Below, in pieces: positions 46,640 through 56,500 of a DNA stretch of 64,000 nucleotides; the stretch's first letter is position 1, and the number at the start of each line of letters is the position of its first letter. A program made the position numbers and the translations under genes. The stretch lies in the IMG/VR virus record IMGVR_UViG_3300043803_000951, positions 4,473 through 68,472 of that record. The stretch is one strand, 5' to 3'. This DNA comes from a virus. The notes below the pieces were generated by a model, which saw nothing but the letters and a program-made list of their open reading frames with translations, had not been told where the DNA came from and ran no database searches.

Positions 46640-47530
46640 ATGGCAGTCTACTTCAACAACCCGGTGATGGCCCAGCAGCGCATGGCGGACGACCAGCTCC
46701 CCATGCAGCAGGAAGCCCTGCGGCTCCAGGAGCTGGCCCAGTTGCTCCAAGCCTCCCAGCAGAACAAGCAGACCGATTCCCAGGAGCGCCAGAACCGGGA
46801 GCGGGTGGGCGCCCAGCGGTATCAGACGGATACCTACGGGGAAGTGGCGCGGGGACAGAATGAGATTGGCCGAAGGAATGCCGAGAACGACATCCTCAAG
46901 GGCATCAACGAGCTGTCCCTCAATCGCGACAGGCTCAACCAGCAAGCCGAGCAGTTCCGCATCCAAGCCGGACTCAGCAAGGAGCAGATGGTGAACGCCT
47001 TGGAGATTGCCAAGGTGAATGCGGGACGGAATCCGCTGCGCTCGCAAGATCAGGCGGACATCCTCCTGAACAACGCCGAGGTTGAATCCGAGAACGCAGC
47101 CGCCCAGCGGGCCATTGCGGCAGTTCAATCTCTTGCCGGCCAGTTTCAGGCTCAGGATGAGGAGGCATTGGCGAACGAATGGCTCACATCCAAGACAGGC
47201 GCCAAGGAACAGGTGGCCAAGAAGGCTCCGACCGGATTCTACATCCAGCAGGCTATCAACCAGCTTTCCCAATCCAACCCGGAAATTGGGAAGATGCTTG
47301 TGCCTAGCGGGACCAACGCCGTTCAACTGAATCAACGACGGCCCATTACATTCGGCGGCAACCCGGCCCTGACAACCCCGCTGCAATCCACCAACGCACC
47401 AGCCTTGACCCAAGAGGACGTGCTGGCCAATGCCCTGCGACTGATGCAGGGGTCCTTGACCAACGGCGCATCAGGCGGAAGGATCAACCGGGTTCGCTCT
47501 GGTCGATTCAGCATAAACGCTGTCAACTAG
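46640..47530 (+). CDS. Putative internal virion/ejection protein
   Basis: Q/N/A-rich coiled coil, no Cys. Confidence 0.6.
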   Translation: MAVYFNNPVMAQQRMADDQLPMQQEALRLQELAQLLQASQQNKQTDSQERQNRERVGAQRYQTDTYGEVARGQNEIGRRNAENDILKGINELSLNRDRLNQQAEQFRIQAGLSKEQMVNALEIAKVNAGRNPLRSQDQADILLNNAEVESENAAAQRAIAAVQSLAGQFQAQDEEALANEWLTSKTGAKEQVAKKAPTGFYIQQAINQLSQSNPEIGKMLVPSGTNAVQLNQRRPITFGGNPALTTPLQSTNAPALTQEDVLANALRLMQGSLTNGASGGRINRVRSGRFSINAVN

Positions 47531-47577
47531 TTGTTGATTCCCCAAGTTGAAAGCGGCAATCCTTCGACCAGAAGGCT

Positions 47578-50500
47578 ATGCCGCAATATCAACTGGTTGA
47601 CAACGAGACGGGCCGCGAACTTCTGGTAGAATCGGATTCCCCGCCAACGGAGGCGGAGGTTTCCAAGCTATTCCAGAACCACGACGCCTTCAAGGTGGCC
47701 ATTGCCGGCCCCAAAGGCTCGGAGGAACGCCGCCGGGTAATGGCGCGGGAGGTGGCTGACCAATCCCGCCAAACCTTCACCGAGGAATCGGGTGGATCAA
47801 CTGCCGGCCCCCTGCTGAGCGGAACAGCATCGCTCGGCCAAAGCCTTTCCGCTGCTGGCACAAAGATTCTCGGTGGCGCAGCTTCCGGATTCGAGATGCT
47901 GAAGGAGGGCCTTGGTGCACCCGAGGGTGGATTTTCGCTTCCGGAGCCGGGCAAGCTACCAAGAACTCCAGCCGAAGTTGAGCAGGACATTCAGGCAAAT
48001 CAGGTTCGCCAGCAGGCCAGAGAGCTTCAGGCCCAAGCTGAGGCGACTTACCCGGTAAACCCGAAATATCCTTGGGCAAATCTTCCCGGTCAGGTTGTTG
48101 GGTCGGTGGCGCAAATGCTGGCGACTGGTCCTGCCAGAATCCCAGCCTACGCCCTGAGCGCATTGGAGGGTGGTATGGAGCAGGCCCGTGAGTCTGGAGC
48201 AACACCGGCCCAGGTCCAAGCCCAAGGACTCGTAGAGGCTGCTACTGGCGCCGTCAGCGAGAAGCTGCTGGGCCTTGCCCCATTCCTGAAGGATGCGGGG
48301 AAGATGACGGCCCGCCAATTTGCCCGTCAGGCCCTCACCCCCACTGCGGGGAAGGTTGCCCTTCAGGAAGCCATCCAAGAGCCCACTGAGGGCATCCTGA
48401 ACCGATTGTCGTCCAAGTATGTGACGGGCGCGAATCCAGATGAGGCTGTGTGGGACCCGCAAACCCTCGCCATGGAAGCGGTTGGGGGTGGGTTAGGTGG
48501 TGCGGGCCTGTCAATCCCCACCCTCGCCGGGGCAAAGATTCAGCGGCAGCGGGATGTAATGGGGCGCCGGGAACTTGGATTGGCTGGCCGTTCCGAGCAG
48601 CAGCTCCAAGCTGAGCTGGAAGCGTTCAACCAAGGAATCCAGCAATCCCAACTGACCGGAGGTGGTGTGGAGCTTGTGCAACAGACGGGTGATCCTTACC
48701 GGAACCAGCTCAACCTGTCCGCCCAGAACGCCCCGCCGCAGTTTCAGATGGTAACGTCTCCGCGGACTGCCCGGGGATTGCTCAGAAGCGAAACCGACTC
48801 AGGGCTTGGAGACTTTGCGCCCCCGGATGGTCGCACCCCCATCGACCAGTTCATTGGCCGGACCCGCCAAGCTGCCGTCCCCAGTGCTGAGGATCGCCGG
48901 GCTGCCCTTGAGGCTGGCCTGACTCTCCCGCAGGATACTGGCAAGTTCGCTTCGGACGAGCCCCAAGTGGCTATCCCTCCCCGCTACGCCCAAGCCCCGC
49001 AGCTTGCCTCCCTCGGCACTACGCCCCGGACGGCAATGACCACCTCCCCGATTGATGAGGCCATCATGGGCGGACGGTTGCAGCGGTCTACTCTTCCCCC
49101 AATCAACCCGCAGCTCCAGCAGCTTCAGGACTTGGCGGAATCCGAGCTGAACGCGATTGAGCGGTTCCCGAACCGGGACACCAACCGCCGGGATTCCCTG
49201 CTTGGGGCAGCCCCGCAGGTGGTCCAGATGCTGGACACCCGAATCAACAACTCCATCGGCAAGGTGAGTGACGCGGAGGTTGGGCGGTTGATGGATTTGC
49301 GGGAACGGCTGGCCAAGTTCTACAACGACCAGACGGCCTACAATGAGCTGACGGCTGAGGCGATTGGGGTTGCCCGCGATACCCGCCGTCCGGCTCCGCA
49401 GATGGCGGCTGGTCTTTCCCAACTGGAACAATCCCGGCAAGCCCAGTTCCCTGCCGGCGGTGCGGCTGTCCAGCCTGAGCAGCCACAATCCATCCAACCC
49501 CAAGGCGACTTGATGGCTCGCCTCCGCGAGGCTCGCCAGATGGACGTTCTCCGCCAACCCTCCCCGATGAGCGCGGCCCAACTGGGGACTGGCCAGCCGG
49601 TGGGTGGGCCTCCCGCAGTGGCGGACCTGACCCCGTTCCTCCAGTTCTATGAGGCGCAGGCGTCTGCCCCGCAGGCTCCTGTTCAGGCAGCACCAGAAGC
49701 TCCCGTAACCCAATCCGCCCCCGTCCGTCGTGGGGTGCGGATGCGGGCCAAGACTTCCCGTTCAATCGGGATGAGTAGAAAGCCCTCGCAAACCATCACC
49801 GGCTCCAATGTGCAAACGGGCACTGAAATGCCGGTGCTCCCCACGGGAGGCGAGGCGCCCATTTCCCGCACGGAATCGAAGCCAAGGCAGATGAGTGATG
49901 AGGAGCTTGCCGCCATGAAGGTGGCAAAGCTGAAGGGCGCCGAGCATCGTGGTGATGGAATCACGTTCGTTCCGGAAAAGTTGATGACTCCGGAGCGGCG
50001 TAAGGCAATGAAGCGCGGTGGCTCACTGATTGAGGTCAAGCCAATGGCTGATGTCACCGGCGTTCAAACCGACCGAGGATACGCCATCTTGGACAGGCGG
50101 TCACGGATTGCATTCAGGGGCAATGAGCCGGTTCAAGCCGAAGCTGTTGACGCCTATGGAATAAAGCCCCCCAAAGGCTACGTTCGCCAAGGTGAACTCT
50201 ACGTTTACCAACCCATTTCCCGCAGCGAACCTGCGGCGGCCCAAGGAGTCGCTACCGAGGGGGTCGGGGTTTCCTCATCCGAGGAGACCCCGGCTTTCGG
50301 GGTTCGTCGCTACGGGGATGCGCTGTTCATCTCCATCGCCGAATACAACCGGCTCCGCCCGCAGATTGATGAGCGGCTGGCTGCCGGGGATGAGGTAGCC
50401 AAGCGGATTGACGACATCGAGGTGAACGCGGAGCAATACGTCCGCTCCTCGGCGGGCTTCGGAGCCCTGACTCCCGAAGGGCAGGAGCAGGCCGTCGGGA

Positions 50501-53500
50501 ACTTCAAGACCAAGCTCTACCAGTCGGCCGCCAAGTGGCTGGCTGGTGGGGAGTTCCAGTTCTCCCCTCCCGTCATCGCCAAGTCCGTCGCCATGGACAT
50601 CGGCAAGAGCGTGGCTGAGAAAGACCGCAAGCGCACCCAGTCGGGTGAAACTTCCGAGGAAGATGGGGAGGAGGTTCGCGGGGACTTTGAGTCCCTCAGT
50701 GAACGGGTGATGCCCAAGCAACCCCTGAAGGCGCCTCCTGCCATCAGGAAGGCCGACCAGGACATTGTGTTGGTAGTTGCGAATGTTCGCCGACAATTCG
50801 GACTAAACGAGGCCCAGATGGCAAGAATCATGGGTGCATACGTTGACCCGGAGATGGAGGCCAATCTGGACGACGAGGAGCTGGGTGTCCTTGAGCGGGT
50901 GCGGCCGATGCTGGCCCGGCTGGAGAATGTGAGGTATTCGGTTGCAGGTGGAATCCAGTTGACCGAGCAAGGCCCGTTCTACTCCCAGCTCACCCGCACA
51001 ATTCAGGGGATGGGGCAGGAGACGATGACGGTGGGGCAGGCTCGCAGCGCCATTGAGAAGGGGGCCAAGAAGGACGAGGTTGCGATGAGCGGTATTTTCA
51101 CCGACCCGCTGAGCCCTCTCTACGGGAAGCAGCCCGGGGATAAGGTGACCAAATCCGAGCTGATTGGCTACGCGCTGGAGCGGCAGGCAAAGGTGGAGGA
51201 TGTGGTGTTGGGTGAGCCCCGTGGGAAAAACCTATCCGGCACATATCAAGACCGAAAAACAGGGGAGTGGGTTGTTTCACAAAATGGACGCGAGGAGAGG
51301 TTTTCTTCACTCAATGAAGCGGCCCGGCGTGGTGATGAGTTGAACCGGATTGCTGATCAGTCCAGGGAGACCAGCTTCTCCTCCTACCAACTCCCCGGCG
51401 CGGACGAGGGGAGCTACCGGGAGATGTTTGTGACGTGGCCTTACACCGGGAAAAGCCTGCGGGTGGATTTAACGCCCGACAACAAGTGGGGTGTTTTTAG
51501 TGGAAAAACATTGCTGGAGAAATACACGGACAAAATCTACGCGGAGCACGCGCTCAAGCATCGTCTAAATTGGCGGGACGGCCATTCGCAATACGCTTCC
51601 ATCGCGAACCCCATCGTCCGCATCCGCCGCAACATCCGCACGGACGCGAACGGGAAGAAGACCTACTTCATCGAGGAGATTCAGGGGCCTCAGAAGGCCA
51701 ACCAAGAGAAGATGCCGCCAGAGCTTCGCAAGCGCATCTACGAGATCGGAATGAAGCGGGCCATCCGGGATGCCGTGGACAGCGGTGCGGACGCGATTGC
51801 TTGGACGACTGGGCAGCAGCAGGCTGACCGGTATGATTTGAGCAAGCAGGTTCTCCACGTCGCGTGGGAGAAGAACGACGACGGGACCTACAACATCAAC
51901 GCCCCTCAGCCCGACGGGAGCCCGGGGGTTTACAAGGAAGACCTGTCGCTGGATCAGGTTGAGGAGCTGGTCGGGAAGGACCTCGCCAAGAAGATTGAGT
52001 CCGGGGAAGGCCGGCAGCAGGAAAAGGACGGCGGCTACCGTAGCTGGAAGATTCTGGAGGGAGTGGACCTGATTGGTGGAGATGGCCTCAGGCGCCTCTA
52101 CGACCAGACCCTCCCCTCCATCGCGAATGATCTCGCCAAGAAGTTTGGGGTGAGGGTTGGGATGGGGGAGATTGCGACGGCTGCTAAATATCAATTCTCG
52201 CCACGAGCCGCCCGCGATGGAACAGGGAAGCCAATCCTGTTGAACGGCGTGCAGGCGTATGTTTTGCAGGACATCGCTTCCGGCGATTATCTCGCAGACA
52301 GGAACCAAAACACCTTCGCGCGAAGACCGCAGGATGGTCAGTTATTCTCAAAGGGTGAAGCTGACTCCATTGCGGACAAGAAGACTTCTGACTTTAAGGC
52401 CAACGTCCACTCCCTGGCAATCCCCGAAGCCATGAAGGCTGCGGCGAAGACTGGCCTGCCGCTGTTCTCCCTCTCCTCCCTCATCCGCGAGCCCATCGGC
52501 CTTGCCCGTGCCCAGCAAGCGGTCGCCCGGTGGAAGCAGGAGAATGGGGTGGAGGGAGCCCTCATCGAGGTGGTGGATGATCCCGAGCTGATGACCCCCG
52601 ACGGGCGGCCGGTCGCGGCGATGGTGAGGACAATCCCCGGGCAACCCCCGGTAATCACCGTCAACGCGGCCCAGATTTCCTCGGAGCAGGAGCTGATCGA
52701 GAAGCTGTGGCATGAGGCCCTCCATCCGGTCTGGGAAGATCAGGGAGTCCAGCGGGCTTGGCAGGAGGTCCTCCAGACCCTTCCCCGTAACGCCATCCAA
52801 GCTGAGCTGGCCCGTGGGTATAGCCCCCTTGAGGCCACGATGGAGGCGGCCATCAACTCCGCGGCTACGCAGGCTGCGAATACGCCCCTGCGGACGGCTT
52901 GGAAGAAGTTCCTTGATGCGGTGTGGGAGGCGATGGGGCGGGTATTTGGGTTCACCACGAAGCCCAAGGATTTCGAGAAGCTGATGGAGGAGGCGCTGCG
53001 GTCGCTGAGCCGGCCGTATAATCAGGAAGGAGAATTGCGCTACTCCGTGGCCAACACCATCGCCATGGTCAGCTCCGCCAAGGCGACCAAGGCAACCCTG
53101 GAAACCTCAGGCGACCCACAGGCTGTGGCGATGATGGGACAGGCAGCCGCCTCCCTGATCAACCCGGCGTTCAGCGACCTGATGAACCGGCTGAGCGTAG
53201 CGGAACCGGGCACCGCGGACGCCACCACCTACACCTTCCTGAAGGCAGCGGACAATATGGCTGCGTCCGGGGCTGCGGTGGTGGAGTGGGCGCAATCCCA
53301 TCAGGACCCAATCCCTGCGTTCACGAACCTGAGCGACCTCCCTACGGGCTGGCGGTCCGTGGTGGGGAATGTGGTGATGGGCGCCCACCTTCAACTGGGC
53401 CAGCAGATGGGGTCCATTGACCGGGCGATTGAGCGGGAATCCGCCAAGCTGGTGGAGGCTGCCGCGGACCTTGAGGATGCGAGCAAGGAGCGGCTGTCTG

Positions 53501-56500
53501 CTGAGGCGGCTGAGACTCAGGCGCTGGACCTACTGGACGGCCTGATGCGGACGATTGTGGTTGAGCGCAAGAAGATTGGCACCTCGTCGGCCACACTCAG
53601 CCGTCAACAGGCAGAGGACCAAGCCAAGGCAATCTTTGGCATCAAGCGCAACAAGCTGTCGGCCCTGACCATTGCCATCCAGACGATGGCGCGGGAGATG
53701 CCGGTGGAAGGGTTCGTCAACAACGAGGCTGCCCTCGCTTGGTTCGATGAGCGTCAGAGCAAGAACCCAATCCTAGGGGACAGCGCGGCGGATGTGGTGA
53801 AGGCTTTCCGGGAGGCCCTGTCCCGTCAGGCCGACCTCACCAAGCGCATCGAGCAAGTCCGGGCCTTCACGCTGGACAGTGTGGATGCGGTGCGGGAGGT
53901 GGGGGAGATTGCCAAGCTGATCGGCAAGAACAAGAAGGCCACCATCAACAACTACGCCAAGCTCCGCAGCGAATACGAGGCTGGGTTCCGTCGGTTCAAG
54001 CTGGCATCCAAGAAAGCCACCGACGCCTCTACGCGCCTTGACGGGCTGCTGGCGGCCAAGGAAGCCCTGAGTGGGCTGATGGCCTCACCTGAGTATCTGG
54101 AGAAGACCAATGACGCCTTCCTGCGCGGCCGGGGCAGCCTCAGCGGGTTGATGAGCGAGGTGAAGAGTGATGGGCGGCCGACCGGGGTGGTGGAGGTCTA
54201 TGGTCCCTCTGCCTACGTGGCGGCCGGAAACCGGGTGGCCAAGGACAAGGACCTCGCGGCTCTCCGTCGCAACTCCACAATTGAGACGTGGGGGAAGAAG
54301 GGGAAGGAGAAGTCCGGCACCATCTACGAGATCGACTACCGACCTGACTTCGCCATCGAGGCCAAGAATGTGGAGGCCATCGACCGGTTGTCCCAAGAAA
54401 TCACGCAGGCCCTGAACGACGAGTCCTCCCCGTTCTACCTGACGGACCCGTTGGCTAGGTCGTCCTACACCCAACTGGGAGCCTACCTTGCCCAGTTTGT
54501 GGCGACCAACCGCTACCTCATCGAGCAGCAGTTGTCGGACACGATGCTGCTGACCGTCCTGAAGGGCGGACGAATCTTCTCCGGTAAGGCGGGAATCCTG
54601 AGTGCGTTCGGGGGCGCCCTCTACACCACCCGAATGAATGCTGCCCGTGCGATTGGTGGGCGGGGTGGGATGGAATGGGAGAAGGCCAACCGGGCATCCG
54701 ACCTCTTCGAGAAGAAGGCCGGCAACGTCCTCAAGGCGACCCGGGTTGAGAACGCAGTGGCCCGACGTAAGGCCATCGAATCCCACGGGCTGAACCCGGA
54801 CAGCCGGGAAGGGATTGCCCAGTGGTCGGCCCATATCTCCTCCGTAATTGGCTCCTTCCAGAACCCGTCGCAGGACCGCCTAAAGGAAGGTGACTATGTG
54901 GGCGGGATGGTGGTGACAAAGGAGGACCTCAAGTCCGCCGAGATTCAGAAGAAGTTCTCCACCGGGGTAGTGGGCGACTTCTCGTCCATGACGGCTGACC
55001 TGAGCGAGGTGGTGAATCCCGAGGAGAAGTTTGGCAGCGGGGATTCCGCCGTCCTGTTCACCCGTGCGGCCGAGGATTACGGGCTGAAGACCCGCCGCCA
55101 GTTCTCCCAATGGGGCCGGCAGTTCAAGGAAGACTGGGCCACCGCATCCGAGAAGGACCTCGAAGCCTTCCGGCTTAATCAGGCTCAGTCGACCGGGGAT
55201 GAACCGGTGCCAATGGTCTGGACTGAGCGCGAGAAGCTGGCCGACCGGGAGATCGAGGGGCCGGTGTATTCCCACCTGACGGAGACGAACCAAGAATACT
55301 CCAGCAAGGCGCCCGCTTCCATCCGCCCGGCTTATGCGCGGCTCCGTAGCGCCATCAAGGCTGGCCGTGGACCCAAGACCGTCGAAGGTATCGGCGAAGC
55401 CATCTCCCAGCTCACGTCGGACGCGGAAGGCAATGCGACCATCGACCCCATCACGGCCAAGGAAGCCTTGCTTGGAGCGATTGATTTGGACGTGAATGCA
55501 ATTGGCAAGGCCATCGGGGAATGGCACCAGTCCACCCTCGGAAACTCCGACCTTCCCGATGTCCTCATCGGCGTCAAGGCGGCCAACGGGGCACTCGCCC
55601 TAGCCCGTGGAAAGATGGTGGCCCCGACGTGGTTCTATGACTACGGCCTCCACGACGACATGGAGCGGGCGGTGTTTGTGGCGCAAGGCAAGCGCATCCT
55701 GCTGATGAAGGTCTACGAGACGATGGGGACCTTCAAGGAAGCGGTCCGCCGGAACCTTGATGAGGCCAATCGGGAGATCGAGGAGAACGCCAAGAAGCGG
55801 AAGGCGAACGGGGATGTGGTTGGCTACGACGCAGCCGAGGCTGAATACGACAAGAAGTCCAAGGCCAAATACCGGGACGGCGGGGAGTTTGCCACCCGGA
55901 AGGGACTCCAGCGTTCCTTCGACACGCTCGAAGCCCTCCAGTCCGAGCTGAAGTCGGTCCTTCAGGTGGCCAATGAGGCAGCGGTGGACCAGCTCAAGGC
56001 AAGGACGATTGGTTCGCTGGCTAGGCTCCAAATCTCCGTGCTGCTGTCCAGCGTATCGTCCATCCTGAACAACATGACCGCGGTGGTTGCTGACCCATGG
56101 CGAACCTGGTCCCAGAGCGAGAGGTTCTTCCTGAAGGTTGGCAAGACCACCAAGGCGGTGAAGAACGCCTTCAAGTTCATGGCCAGCGACATGGTGGCAA
56201 GGCTCCCTGCATCAATCCGCAACAAGCTCACCAAGAAGCGGAAGATGGTGCTGATCTCAACCGTTAGCGACTTCCTGAGAACCATGATGGCGGAGCGGGA
56301 CATGATGGAGCAGACCGGCCAGTTCGAGGAATTCGAGTCCATCAAGGACAAGGTTGCCGCCATCCGGGCCAACCCCCTGTCGTTCGGCCAGTCCACCACC
56401 ATGGAATCCTCCAAGTTCGAGCGGGCCATGAGCTGGCTGTATAGCAAGGCCATCTACGGGGTGGCTGTGGCTGAATGGGTGCGGGACCGGGCTCCCGGAT

